Made by a program: the position numbers and the translations under genes. From assembly GCF_009914755.1 (NCBI RefSeq), contig NC_060942.1: 64,000 nt of DNA. One strand, written 5' to 3'. The notes under the pieces are model-generated. The model ran no database searches. It worked only from the letters and a program-made list of their open reading frames with translations, and was not told the DNA's origin. Of this stretch, positions 1 to 14,358 are shown piece after piece. Source of the DNA: the human T2T-CHM13v2.0 reference genome, Homo sapiens. How positions within the stretch are numbered: position 1 is the stretch's first letter; the number at the start of each line of letters is the position of its first letter.

Positions 1-2050
1 TTAATTCCCATGGCTATATGGGAACTAGTAATTCTATACTACCTTACTTTGACCAAAGACTGAAGTGATTTGGGTCTGGGATTAAGTTTCTTTCAGGTCA
101 GTCTACTTCTGGTTGAAAACTGGACTGGTCTCATCTCTCTGGGTTTTCTTCTCACAATTCTTTTTTTTTTTTTAATCTTTCTAATGCCTCTAAACATTTT
201 TATTTGTTATTTGTTTCAATTTCCTAGTTTCTTTCAGTAAAAACATATGCATATCCGTAAGCTTTTTTATTCCTTTGGGGTTATGGTTTCTCTACCTTGT
301 TCTAATTGCAAGATAAAGCATATAAATCAGTAAAGCAGCCCCCTCTTCTGAAAAGTTGGCTATGTGAATGGAATATTATTTTGATGTAACAATCTTCAGA
401 AGAACAATCCATTTTAAGCAGATCCAAATTTCTTATAACACTTGTTAGGAAACGTAATGAATAAATTAGAAGAAAAAGAAAAGACAAAAGAAGACTAAAT
501 CTTGAATCTTGGACTCTAGCAGGAACTGATAAGATAAGCAACTGGTTTGCTCATAAGATGCTTTGAGATTTGACTCAGCTCCTTCACTTCTTCCTTAAAC
601 AAGTTATTGAAGGTGGCAGTCCAGTAGTGATTCAAATTTATCTAAGAAAGTCTTTGTTTCTATGGCCAAGACCATCCTTTTTAAGGAGGACATTTGAGGG
701 ATCAGAGGGCATCTACTGGTGCTGTTACTTGGCTTTTGATACACTGCTTCCCAATAAATAAGCTACTTTTAAAAACTGCATGTTATGAATGCATATGATG
801 TGTTAGCATGTAAAAGAATGAGTTCTTCACGTAGTTGAAATAGAACTTCCTGTAAGCCATGCATTAGCTCTGGCACTTATGCTTTGGTAAAATAATACAT
901 GAAGGCCAACACCATGGTGGTTTTGTGCTTAACTAAAGCAAGCATCAACAATGGCACTCAGTGAAAGATGAGAATCAAGATATTTGCATGGTACTGTATA
1001 CAGAGACTGAGAGTAGATCATAGAAACAAAATGCACATAGAAGGATCTTGTTAATGCCCCTCACATCTTCCTATATCTCTTGGATGTGTTTCCCTAGATC
1101 TCATTTGTGCTTCATTTGTTCTGTGTCAAGTAATCTTTCTCTTAATTATCTGGTTAATTCTCTGAGGTGAGGGGAAAAAAAAGATGAATGGATGAGTGAA
1201 CATTTAGTATAGATAATGACTAAACTTCTCATACATGATTTTAACAAGAAATTTAAACTTATTTGAGTGTATTATGTTGATTTATCTAGTTATGATACAG
1301 CTGAATAGATGGTACAGCATACCAGGTTTATCATCATGACAGAGAAAATGACCTGTAATTGTGGTGTTTAAACACTGAGAGATATTGTCAACAGTGCTCT
1401 GGCTGGGTCTACATATGTACCAACAAACATAGTCAAAAGAAATTACACTATGGTTAAAAAAATCTGAGTAGAGCAATAATGCTATTATCAGCTGCTAATC
1501 ACTAATTGTTATTACCAATAGGTATTACAATTGAGAATAAGTAGTTTGCTGAAGTTCTGGGGGGAAAAGAGAAGGGGTTAAGTGAGCGAAGTGATTCCTT
1601 ACCTTCCTTCCATTAAGAATATACTACATTTAGGATAACAAATCATTCACAAAGAAAATTGAAGAAAATTTTTTATGGAATGGTAAGTGTTAAATAATAA
1701 AAACTCTTCAAATTGAGTTACACTGAGAATAGTGAGAATAAAAATAGAATGATTTTTCAAAACTGTTAAGTTTTGAGAAAAGAACTAGGCACAATGGAGG
1801 AGGAAATGATCTAGAAAAAAATGAGCATGACTCAAAGTTTGAAAGGATATTAATAATGTTGGAGAATGACCAAATTAACTTAACAAAAGAAGGGTAATTG
1901 AAACGTGGTTTTCAGTTTGGATAGGGTGGTGGAGGAGTTTGGATGGACAATCATGATTGCTGTTACACAATATGAATATATGCATATTCACCAATGATAT
2001 TGCTATTCTGTCTTACACATTTAATTCATTCTGGCAGATCATTTATAAAA

Positions 2051-2074
2051 TATATATATATATATATATATATA
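2051..2074. repeat. (TA)12 microsatellite
   Basis: Directly visible pure TA run. Confidence 0.95.
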
Positions 2075-4030
2075 TTCATAACAGTCTCACTTGAATTATG
2101 AAAAAACCTACTTTATTAAAGCAATGCATCTGGTAGGCTGGTAATCCCTCTTGATTTCAAATCTACAGAAATTCTAGTGGAAGTTTTTCCACAGTAATAT
2201 GCAGAGAATGGCCTCACATTGGTAAGTAATGGTGGAATGTAGTCCATGTGGATTGCACCCTTTTTATCCCTCATTTAGATGGTGAAATAAATTTATGTAT
2301 AGATTTATAATAAACTGCATGGGTTTGTTTTTGTTTCTAAGTTTCATTACTAAATAATACATTTCAGTGAGTTCCACTGCCTACCTCATCCTAAGGCTTT
2401 TATGTATACCATGAAATGTTTGTGCCATTTCAAGAATGGCAAAGCAGCTGTTGGACGCACTTGATATTGCACAAACAATGCCCCAGCGCGCTCTGTAATT
2501 TCATGAAAAGTCAGTCAGGGGAGGGTGGAGCTGTTACACGTACATGATGGGAACTTCTTCTGTAAAGAAAAATGAGCATCATTGCTTTGCCATTTGCATA
2601 TAGATTTTCCCCCTACTGCTACCTGAGAAAATTAAGAGCTTCCACCCTATCAGTTTCTTAAACATGTTCTTGAGAATGTCCACATTTATGTCAGCACTTT
2701 TTCGACATCCTAATGATGCTTTTGCTAGGACTATGGCATCTATATGGCTTGTTACCAGCCTAATGAAAAGTTGCTTTAGGTGTCAAAATAAATCTAAGAA
2801 TGTTCTACACTCCAGCTGACTGTAATATATCATCATGGCCTGCTTAAGTAGTATAAAATGCAACATGATAAAGCTGCTAACAAAAACCTATGAGAACCAG
2901 TAGCTGGGATAATAGGCATTCAGTGTAAGGATAATATAGCAGCAATAAAAATTTCAATAACCAAAGGTTATATACCATACTTTTTAATGGAGTTCTTGGC
3001 TAAGTGAGCTTTCTTCAATAGCAGACACATGGATAGGTTGATTCATTACAAGCATCCCTCTGATTTTCTTCCCACTTGGAATAATATTAGTGGGCTCCTT
3101 CCTCAGATTATGAGATGCCCTTTTGTTTAAATTATCCTTTTCAGGAATTACCTTGAGTCTTACCTACATTTATAGATAAAATTCCCAACTGTTTTGCCTA
3201 AAAACATAATAGATTCAGTATTTTTGTAATTTTTAACATCTTATTTCCTGCAAACTGAAGTACAGACCCCTAAGACTAACAACACACTTCCAAGTCCACT
3301 CACATTTGTTTGATGATTACTTAGTGACTCCTTACTCTCAAACTGGAGTCTCACCATTTCTGAAACCCATGTTATTGTATCCTACCATTGCATTTGACGT
3401 CGAAGTATGTTGTTTGCTGGGACTTTACCAGCATACTCTATTGAAGGCATTTCCATTTGGCCTTCCCTACACACTGTCAATATCAAATGCCTTCATTTCT
3501 ATGAAATCTTCTCTGACAGTCTCAGCTAGAATTTCTCTCCTCTCCACACAAATGTCTGTAAAAAGGGATATTATAGTGATGCATAACCTACATATTATTG
3601 TGTAGAGAAAACTATCTTATGCAATACAATCAATACCTGCTGTTGGTTTGCTAATTGAAAAAGTTAAAGTATCAAATAATTTTTAAAAGGATATATTCTA
3701 AATTTTTATGCTAACCTAAAACAGAGATACATAAAATTATTATTCTTTTAGTACTGACAAATCTTTTGAGTACAGAACTGATGATTGTAGTTTATCATTA
3801 TTTTTCTTGAATAAACATCACTATATTCTATATGGAGATTCTTTAAAATGGAGCAACCTCCTAAATACATTTGTGTGAGAATCTAAAGGAATACTTTTTA
3901 TAGACATTTATAGTTTGTACCCCCTCAAACATTTATTGTTGTCCTGCCTTGACTAAATTTGACAGCAAGTTTATGTGTTGGCTCTTTTTTGTGGCTAATA
4001 AATTGACATTAACGAGCCTTTCTAAGGCAT

Positions 4031-4635
4031 TGTATTAGTTTTATGTTGCTGAATAATAAATTATTGTAAATTTAGCAGCTTAAAACAACAATTATTTATT
4101 ACTTCACAGTTTTCATAGGGCAGGGCTCCTGGCACTTAACTGGTGCCTCTACTCAGACCCTCTCAAGGCTGCAATCAAGATGTCTGCCAGATAGCATTCT
4201 CATCTAATTCCCAGCTAGGGGGGAGTCCTTTCAAGCTTCTTCAGGTTCTTGGCCAAATCCATTTCCTTGAAGCTTTTTGACTGAGGTTCCATGCTTCCTA
4301 TTCACTGTTGGCTAGACGCCACTCTAGAGGCTGCCCACTGTTCCCTGCCAAATGGCTCTCTCCAACACATGGAGAAACATGGCATCTTCAAGGTCAGCAG
4401 AAGAAGCTCTATCTTCAGTATGCTGAGCAGAATCTTAGGTAATATCATACAATCGTGGGAGAAACATGCCACCAGTTTTACTATACAACATAACCTAATC
4501 AAGAAAGTGGTATCTCATCACCTTTGTCAAATTCCATTGGTTAGAAGCAAGTCATAGCTTTCACCTGCACTTAAAAGTAAGAGATTATATAAGAGCATGA
4601 GTCACTGGGGTTCACTTTAGGGTATGTTCATGACA
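4031..4635 (-). mobile_element. MaLR solo LTR, MLT1F-like
   Basis: Starts TGTATTAGTT, ends ...TGACA, with a perfect 5-bp TSD GGCAT (4026-4030 / 4636-4640). Contains MLT1 motifs 'gcttaaaacaac..tttatta..tcacagtt' and 'ccattggttagaagcaagtca'. Confidence 0.85.
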
Positions 4636-7439
4636 GGCATTCAAATTAAATTATTTTCCATAGAAATACTAACTCTCTTTTTGTATATATCTTTCATTAG
4701 TTTATCGAACATACATCAGTATATCAAACATATAATTATGAAATTTGAGTATCAGGTTAAATGAGTATAAGCTGACTTGGTGATGAACACAATTGACTCT
4801 TGAGAAATATACAACTCAATTGGTAGGAGTTTCATTCCACTGTAGGACTCCAGAGTATGTTTTACAGAAAGAATAGGCAGTGTCTGTAAAGCCAGTGAGT
4901 CCATGTAAATGAGATGGCCCAGAGAATTACATTGAACTGATTTTTAATCATATTTATCATTTGAAGTTATGGCCCATGACTTTATGCACACATACACACA
5001 CACATACCCCTCATACTGTGCTTTGTATACAACAAACTCTCAACAAACAGAAACTAGATAAAGGAAGCTGGTCAGGCATTTCAATACAAGTGCCATAGAA
5101 ACTATTTAGAGGAAGTAGTTGGTAAACGCAAAATGATAAAAGTTCAATAGTCTGTTTTGTTGAAATAGTAAAAAAAAAAAAAAAATGAGCTAAAAGGAAT
5201 TAGGTATTAACTATTCTAATTCTCTTATTTCATAAATGTGGAAGCTTGGGCCAAGGAAGGTTTTCACTAAGTCAGTATTGCATGCTTATTTTATTTATGA
5301 ATTCACCATAATAAGGGGAAGAGAGAGACATAAGCCATGTTCTGTGAAGTCACAATGAAGCACAAGCGTGGTTAGGTTAGAAGTGGAGATCTGAGAAAGG
5401 TTAAATGTGGGGCACTGAAGCCCAGTCGAGAAGAACCGGAATAGACGAAGAGAGAAAAATGAAGGAAAGCTTAGATCTGATGGAAAAATACAAAATGTGC
5501 TAAGCCATGGAGGCATGAAAGTTCACAGTTTACTCAGAGAACATAAAGTGAACAATCTTATTTCTAGAGGAAAAGGTGTTTTCAGGGAAGTTGATAGGAA
5601 AGGTCAAAACAAAATTGTGAAGGGCCTTTGGTTTCTTGCTAAGTGGTATCACTAATGTGTTCTAATATATGATGGAGATCCATAGGACATTTGGGGGTAA
5701 TAGTAGGATCATAGGTGTTAGGTATATTACTGTGCATGCAGTTTATGAGCTGAGCTGAAGAGAAGACTTAGAAATACTTCAAGAGGAGGTGTATACCTAA
5801 TCTGGGAACACCAAAGTAGTAGTAAATAGGAAATCCAGCTGGAATCACACTCAAAGCCCAGAGTTACTAAAAGAACATAATTATGAATATTAAATTCTCT
5901 TGGGATTGTGACACAAATAAGAATGGGTAGCAAGAAAGTTATCACAACCTTCATTGATTTTGTGGATGTGACTTGAACATCATTGGTGACAGTGACAGGC
6001 AATGAGGGTGGTATAATTTGGGAATGGCTTCCAAGAAAGTGAACTCAGGGAAGTGGCCTCAGGAGGATGAGCCAGTATAAGTGTTGCATCCCAGTGAGCT
6101 TACTATTGGTCCTGGAGAATGCTCCTGGAAGAATGAAAAACTGCCACTTAAAGGTTATAAGTATGTGCTCTTAAAAGAAAGTTAAGAGTTTGGGGTAGTT
6201 GAAGAGGTAGAAATTATTCCAAAGATAGTTAATAAATATAGAAAATTTCCTGGGCAATAAAAGAGAAGGTCCAGAGTGTGTATGTAACACAAGGTTTGAA
6301 GTTGTGTAAGACAGGAAAAGATTAAGAGATGGTCATTATTTTACAAGCTCATGCTAGAATTTGGATTCTCTCACTATACAAAAACACCACATCAAATAGT
6401 TACATGGCTTATAGCTACAGGTACATTTCCTTGAAGTGTCACCTCACTGCGAGACTTACAACTTGTGTAAACTTCAGCTGGATGACTTCATTAAACCAGC
6501 ATTGTTCAATGACATGTTTCTGAAAATGTGTTTTCTTGTAGTGTCTAGCAGGGTCAGCAAAGAAACTGTTAACTAAAACATATCACATGAAAGTTTTACA
6601 TACACTCTGGTTGTGTCAAAGCATCTCCTCTTTATAAACCCACTATAAATGTATGTAAATTCATACAATACTCAGCAAATATCATGTAACTTTCTTTAAT
6701 GAGATATTGAAACATCTGATGAAAGTGGGAGCTCAATTCCACCCTGAAATCCCACTTTAACTCTTTCTCCATCCCAACCAACCCTTTTTGTATTACTATT
6801 CAAGTTTACTGTTCAATCTCATCTTTGCATGGTGACACTTCTACTATTCACGTAGGACTGTGTTTCACTGTTGCTTGTTTTGTCATTTTTCTTCCAAGTC
6901 AACTTCTCTCTGTCAAGTACAGCAAAGCTCAGCTCTCTCCTGTTCCAGAAAATTTCACTCTGAACCATGCTATTTCTTTTGACTCCACCTTGTCTACTTT
7001 AATATTCATTCATACATCTTGAAAGAGCTGTCTACACTTTACAATCAAACAAATTACTAAATTTTTTATCTAAACCTATTCCTCTCACTGAGATGTTCAG
7101 AGGCATTATAATAGAAAAAACTAATCTCCTCTTGAGGGCTCCCCACAAACCTTCATCAAAAAGAAAATGTTTACCAACTCATCTCTTCTCTATAAATTAT
7201 TTTGTTTCCCATTGCTAACAGCATATTAAGCTTAGCATTGACATAAATTGAATTTTAAAACGTTTCTACCTTTCTCTTTCTCATTTGTTGGTCCCTTTCT
7301 TCTGATAAACTTGAATACAACATGACAACACACATTTATTTTAGACAATTAGGCAATTGCTTGCCCATATTCTGCCTTGATGCAAGTGAGTAGGAAACTC
7401 CCACAAGGACAAAAGAGAATGTTCTGTTAGGCTTATTAA

Positions 7440-7858
<419 letters not shown>

Positions 7859-10495
7859 TCATTCACTTCCATTAATGCTGCATGGACTTTTTCTATATTG
7901 TTAACTGCTTGTTCTCCAGTTTCTAGAACAGCACCCAGGACATATTAGGCAGCTCTTGAATAATGGAATAAAACGTATACTATTTTCCTATCACTGTATT
8001 CTCCCTCTTGGCTTAACGTAAAGACTTCAAAACTTTGAAGAGCAGTTTCAGCTAGATCTCCTTTATTCTATTAGAGTTGCACTTTTAGATTCTTCTTTTA
8101 ATCACATTGATTTGACATTTATTCTCCTTTATGTTTCTGATTGCTTTGCGATATTCTAGGCAGTTCTTTTCACAGAAATAGGGTCAACATTCAGCTTTCC
8201 TGGAGTACTTCTCAGGTTATGATAACCCCCAATTCTTGTAACCATTGACTATATTTCTTTGCTGAAGAATTTAGGCAGAGGTGCTAAAAGCTATATAAAT
8301 AATTAATGGAATGGAGACACTTAGATGCATAATTCAATTGATTTAGACAAATAGATCAGATATGTTAGAGCCACTGCACTGGCAAGAGATGGGAGACTTC
8401 TTCAGCAATACTAAAATACAGGGCTGAGACAGTTATTGGTGTTACAACTAGGATGAATTACTGCAGCCAGCTGAGATATAATAACAGTATGAATTATTGA
8501 ATTGGCATCTTCCTGAGACAGCTTTGGTCACAGCCTTGCTATGTTCTGGAGATGATAGAAGGAGATTTGTGTGATGTAAATTTATAATCAAAGGGTGTTC
8601 AGGATGAAAGATGACCTCCAAGGTTATGAACCTGAGCAGGAGACTGCATCATCACATGAAAAAGGAACTGTAAAATATGAAGCATTCTTCAGTTAGTAGT
8701 TGGAAACCAAAGAAACTCCACTTTCTTAAAAATTTAACTTGAGGAAAGTTTCTGATAGACAGAGATAGAATGTGAGATACCAAGATGATCCTACATTGGA
8801 CACCTCGGGTGAGGGATGTAGATCTGTGCAATGTCAGCCTAATCATGTTCCTGAAATTATGCCAAAGACAGGATTAGTAATTAATTAAAACATTTGGGCT
8901 CTGAAGAGCACAGACACACAAACTCATGCGTACATGCTGCAATTACTTTGCAAACAAATAGTTTGGGCCCCATGTATGGTGAAAAGTAGGATATTTTGTT
9001 AACATACTGATTGTTTCATTATAACTAAATCAAGAAGATGCTATTATCTTGGAAAGTGATCTGAAAAATGTGCTTCTCACTCTGCCAATAAGAAGGTGCC
9101 CTTTTCTTCTGAGCTGAGCTAGTTGTGCAAGACAAACCCAGACACACAGGGGAACGCATTCCTCTGCCACCACTGCTTGACATGCTGAGTGATGGAGATG
9201 GACTGGGAGGCAGCATCTCCTTTTCTGAAAACAAACTGGCCTTTAAAAAGGGCTGTTAAACTGCTGTCTCATGTTTGATTATTCTGTCCTCAGTAAAGTC
9301 CTCTATTTTTTACTACTAAATGGTCATTTTTATGAATGACATTATTTTTGTCTGATGACTGTTTCTAGAAGCAATAGGTCAAAAGCAGCAAACTATAGAC
9401 CAAAGCTGGAACTGTGAAGAAAATTACCCCAAGTAATAGACCGTGGTCAGTTCAGTCTAAGAAAGCGTCCTCCAGGAAATTATGTCAGATACTAGAGAAT
9501 TTAGGGAAAATCTCTTATAGACATGATTTTAATTTAATGTAATGAAATAGTAATGCATAGATTTATACCATGCAATAAGACATTTTTATGTCTATACATA
9601 ATTTCAAATTACATATGAAAAATACAGTAACTCAAATTAATGCAGTTCTAACATATGATCAATTGCATTGCATTTTCTGGCTGTTAAAATTGTGTTTTAT
9701 AGCATCAATAACAAATGTAATAAAATGCATTTCCTTATTAGGTCCCTCAACTTTTTTTTTTTTTAAGAAAGCCAATAACCTAAAATTGTTAGTGTAACTT
9801 TCTTTTTAAAAATGGCTAAATTGTTCTTATATTGTGTAATAAAGAGAACAGACGGTATTGACAAAATTAATGCAAAAAAACCCCACACAATTTTGCACTT
9901 TTATTTTCCTCTAAGACAACAAAGATACATCAAAGGAAACTGAAAAACAGTCCTAGAAAAAAGAACTATTACTACTTATAAAGTGTCAGAATCAATAAAA
10001 TATAACCTGCTTGGTTTATTGGCTTTAAGATATTTAAATTACTGCTCTTTTATTTTTATTTTCAGAATTTTATTTACTGAAATAGAAATGGTTTAAAACT
10101 TATACTCCAAAGAACCAGTGTTTAGCTTGTCTGTACTCATTCATCTCCAGTGTACATCATGCTCTCCTTCACATAGCATAAACAGAGGCTTCCAGCTGGC
10201 TTCCCTTCACCCCCTTGCTGTCCTCTAGCCTAATAAGAAAGTCATCTCAGTTACTGGGAAAAGGGGACATCATTTAACAAAATAATTTGTACAGGGGTTT
10301 AGAATTTTCTCTCTCCAAACCAATTGGGGAATAGATTTTGGTTTATATTGAGAATAGGATAATTTTTGTTTTGATTCTGTTTTTGAGACTCTGGACACCA
10401 ATTCTACCCATCCCAAGACTGCTGGCATCATCATGTCATCCTTGTGGAACACGAGGTTGTAATAATTATGAAGTAGGTAAGCATCCTCAGTAGCT

Positions 10496-10641
10496 TCTTT
10501 CTTTCCTTTCTGTCTTTCGTTTTTAGAGATGGGGTCTCGCTGTGATGCCCAATCTGGTCTCAAACTCCTGGGCTCAAGCGATCCTCCTGCCTCAGCTACC
10601 TAGGTAGTTGAGACTACAGACACACACCACTGCACCTGACC
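10496..10641 (-). mobile_element. FLAM (free left Alu monomer, FLAM_A-like)
   Basis: Single 7SL-derived monomer of about 120 bp in antisense ('ctcaaactcctgggctcaagcgatcctcctgcctcag') with a decayed T-rich tail. Confidence 0.85.
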
Positions 10642-10770
10642 GCCACTATTTCTTTATTCAAAGAATCCAGAGGACAAAAACGTATATGGCAAAAGACATA
10701 AGATTAAATACTTTGTATTATCGTTCATGAAACTTTAATTTTATACATTTCTTTTAAAAAACAAAGCTAC

Positions 10771-11172
10771 TGATCTAGTTTGGATATTTGGCCCTTCAAA
10801 TCTCATGATGAAATATAATCCCTAGTGTTGGAGGCGGAGCTCAGGGGGAGATGTCTGGATCACAGGGGTGGATCCCTCATGAATGGCTTAGTGCCATTCC
10901 TTTGGTGATGATGAGTGAGTTCACCAGAGATCTCCTTGTTTAAAAGTGTGTGGCACTTGTCCCCCTCTCTTGCTCCCTCTCAACCATGTGACATGCTCCT
11001 GTTGCCTCTCCTTCTGCCATGGGTAGAAGTTTCCTGAGGTCCTCACCAGAAGCTGAGCAGATGCTGGTACCATGCTTGTACAGCCTGCAGAACTGTAAGC
11101 TAATTAAACTTTTTAAATAAATTACCCAGCCTTAGGTGTTGCTTTATAGCAACATAAGAACAGCCTAATATA
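10771..11172 (+). mobile_element. MaLR solo LTR, MSTB/MSTA-like
   Basis: Starts TGATCTAGTTTGGATATTTG, has 'ggatccctcatgaatggcttagtgcc' and 'cagcctgcagaactgtaagc', ends ...CTAATATA; perfect 5-bp TSD GCTAC (10766-10770 / 11173-11177). Confidence 0.92.
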
Positions 11173-11398
11173 GCTACCCCTAAAGTCTACTAAGATTAAC
11201 TTAAATGACCTTTCCTGGGCTATATATCTATAAAAACTTAGAGTTTACTCTCATTATAACCATCAATAAGCATGTGTGCTGCACCCACAGACAGCAATGT
11301 CCAGTGCTACATGCTGAGTACTGCTCCTTTTTGGAGTCTAAAATCCATTTGGGAGGAAAAAATCTTACACAAGAAAAGACAAATAACAGTATATTATA

Positions 11399-11561
11399 GG
11401 GGGGAGGTGGGAGGGATAGCATTAGGAGATAAACCTAATGCTAAATGACGAGTTAATGGGTGCAGCACACCAATATGGCACATGTATACATATGTAACAA
11501 ACCTGCATGTTGTGCACATGTATCCTAAAACTTAAAGTATAATAATAATAATAATAATAAA
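11399..11561 (+). mobile_element. 5'-truncated L1PA (PA4/PA5-like) 3' UTR fragment
   Basis: L1 3' end 'gggagggatagcattaggaga...aaaacttaaagtataat' with an (AAT)n tail; TSD AGTATATTATA at 11388-11398 / 11562-11572. Confidence 0.93.
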
Positions 11562-13259
11562 AGTATATTATAATAAATGCTAAGAGCCATTATGAAGATC
11601 AAGATAGAATACATTACATAGAATATGTTCTAAACTTTATTCATTGCGAAGCAATTTTCTTTTTCACTTTTATTTTTTCTCTCTGATATGTAGCTTCATG
11701 ATTGGAACAGTTCTCTTTGATTGGTGCATAGTTTTGAATTGCAGAGTTGTGGGAGGACACTTTTTCTCTCTGAACTTATTAAGGGTGACTAACGTGCTTG
11801 CCTCTCAGGAGCAAACATTTTCTAGATCCTCTGGTTTCTCAGAATCCCATAGACGAGCTTGGCAATTGACATCTTTAAATTACTGATGACCTGTAGTATT
11901 AATCCTTTCACCTTGCTGAGACGTGTCTGCTCGGCCATGGTAATCAGGCCCTTTTTGCTCATCATAATCCCATTAACAAATTGAAAGAGAGAACAAGAAC
12001 TTTTTATTTTTTTTTTTTACCAATTCCTCTGACAGGAAGCAGTGCAAAGGGGTTATAATTATGGATTATGTCTTTTATTATACATTGGAGCAAGCACACA
12101 TTAGCCTAATTAAAAACACAGTGTGAATATTCAACTGCATCAAGCTGCAAATGTTTAAGGGCTGTCTGTAACAGCTGAAAATATATTTTGGTCTCATAGC
12201 AAACCTCTTGTCAAGTTGTATGGAAAACTGAGTTCAAGGATTGAGGATTGCACATTTTTGTGTTGGCAGATTTACTGACACCTCATCATGTAAACACTTG
12301 CTAATCTAGGACTCAGAGAGACAAAGCATACCTGAATGAGCCACAGGATTATAAAGTGAGGTTGTGCTGAGGTTTACTAATGTAAGTAAGTCTGATGTTC
12401 AGTTTCACTAAATCTCCCACACTGGCTAAAATTACTTTTAGAAGAACATATGAATGAACAGAAGTCTTCTCCACACCTAGATAGAAAATACATCTGGAAC
12501 ACCTTAAGAAGCTGCCTATATTCAACTACAGAAATACTGGGTTGGAATCACAGAATTGTAGAGCTAGATTGGCATGTACTGGCAATATAGTCCAACCTTT
12601 TGAAATCAGAAGATTTAACAGGTGGATCTGTCATAGGGCACAGCCAGAACAGGATAGCCACAAATATCTGGGCAAGTTGCATATTGCCCCACTCTAAGAG
12701 GGGCCAATCATGAAAATTATGATGAACAATTTGCAGAGCCCCATGCAGTGGCACTGGATGTTTTTAAGGTCTTTAGCCCATTTCATGACTCAGTATCTTT
12801 TTAACCTACCTCCTTTAACTATTGAATTTTTAAAAATTCTCATCAGAGTACTCTTCGGTCTCTGACCTAAATTCTTTTTATTGAAATAGAAACATATTCT
12901 TTTTGTTTTATGGAAGATGTTTATAATCAAACACATTACTTTTTAAACATGTTCTATAGCGTTATTGATCTCTACTCATAAAACGTATTTTCTATTTAAA
13001 AGAGGTAGGGCACAATATGACTTAATTTAGCACACTAATATAAGCATGTTTGCAAGACACTTCTGTAATGAAGCACAATATATTTACTCACTGAGCAATA
13101 ACTGATAGGAAAATTACCTTTCCAGTGTGTAATACTATGATGGAGAGAGCTCAATGAATGTGATACATGCTGTCATCTATTTGTGTTGGCAAAAGGGGGC
13201 CTAGATCTGGGTCATGGTGTCCAAATCAAGTTGGATCAGCTTTCTAAACATACATCAGA

Positions 13260-13948
13260 TTCACTCCTGCTCAACATCTCTATTCTGAGTTACCTTCCTC
13301 TTTCACCTAGATAACTTCAATAGCCTCCACTCTGCTCACCTATTCCATAGCTGCCTACCTTTAACAAATTTTCCACAAAGCACTCATAAAATATTCTGAA
13401 AACATAAATCTCATTATATCTGCTTTCTTCTGTCCTCTAAACTATTTCAGTGGTTGCTTAGTGCCTCTAAAATAGAGACCTTACCATGACTCTCAAGGTC
13501 AGATGAGCTCTCTTGACCTTCTCCAGCTGCCCTGACCATCTTTCTTTTCCACTTATGCACCAAGGTATTTCTTGTCTCAGCAATTTTGAATCAGTAAGTT
13601 TCCCTTCCTAACAGCTATTCTTCTTGCTTTTGGAATAATCAACTCTTTTTTCTTTATCTTGCAGGCTTCAACTTAAATGTCATTTCACCAAAGAATTCTT
13701 TCTATTCCATATCACAACTGTGCCACATGCCCACATCAGGGTATTCTGTAATATTCATTTTGAGATTTCTCATAATTATAACTTAACCTATTTTCCATTT
13801 GACTTAATTTAATAGGTATGTTTTTCCTAGATTAAAATTTTCATGATGTCGCAAACCCAGTCTTTCATTTTCATCACCCTGTTCCCAGCACAGACTACAG
13901 TGCCTACATTTAAGCACATGGTGGACACTTGGAATGAGTGAATGAATG
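13260..13948 (+). mobile_element. L2 LINE 3' fragment (boundaries approximate)
   Basis: L2-like pyrimidine-rich body ending in the typical (GAAT)n tail 'gaatgagtgaatgaatg'. Confidence 0.65.
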
Positions 13949-14009
13949 GGTACTGGCTAGCATCTAATGTCTGCCACACACACTGGGTTAATTAAATCAC
14001 CCTCTTATT

Positions 14010-14358
14010 GCAGGATCCTAGAACATCTTGTTCCATCTGCTTGGAATAGTCTCCTTTCTGTTTCACCGTAACTTCTGCTTAGCCTTCAGAACACACTGCA
14101 AACATTACTTCATGAAGTTTTGTATCCCTAGGGTGGTTCCCTCTATTAGACACTTGTAGCACCATTCCATTTACAACATTTTTATAATAATTTTACATTA
14201 AATTGTGCAAAAGTTTAGTCATTACCTTTCCTGCACATAAGCTTTAAGAGTACAATTAACATGTGTTTTTTGCTTGCCAATATCCTAGGTGCTTAGGCTA
14301 GTGTGGGCTATATAGTATGCTCTGAAAGGACATTTGTGAAATGGATAAAGGAATAAAT
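14010..14358 (+). mobile_element. Second L2 3' fragment (approximate)
   Basis: L2-type 'tgttccatctgcttggaatagtctcc' through a decayed tail 'catttgtgaaatggataaaggaataaat'. Confidence 0.5.
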
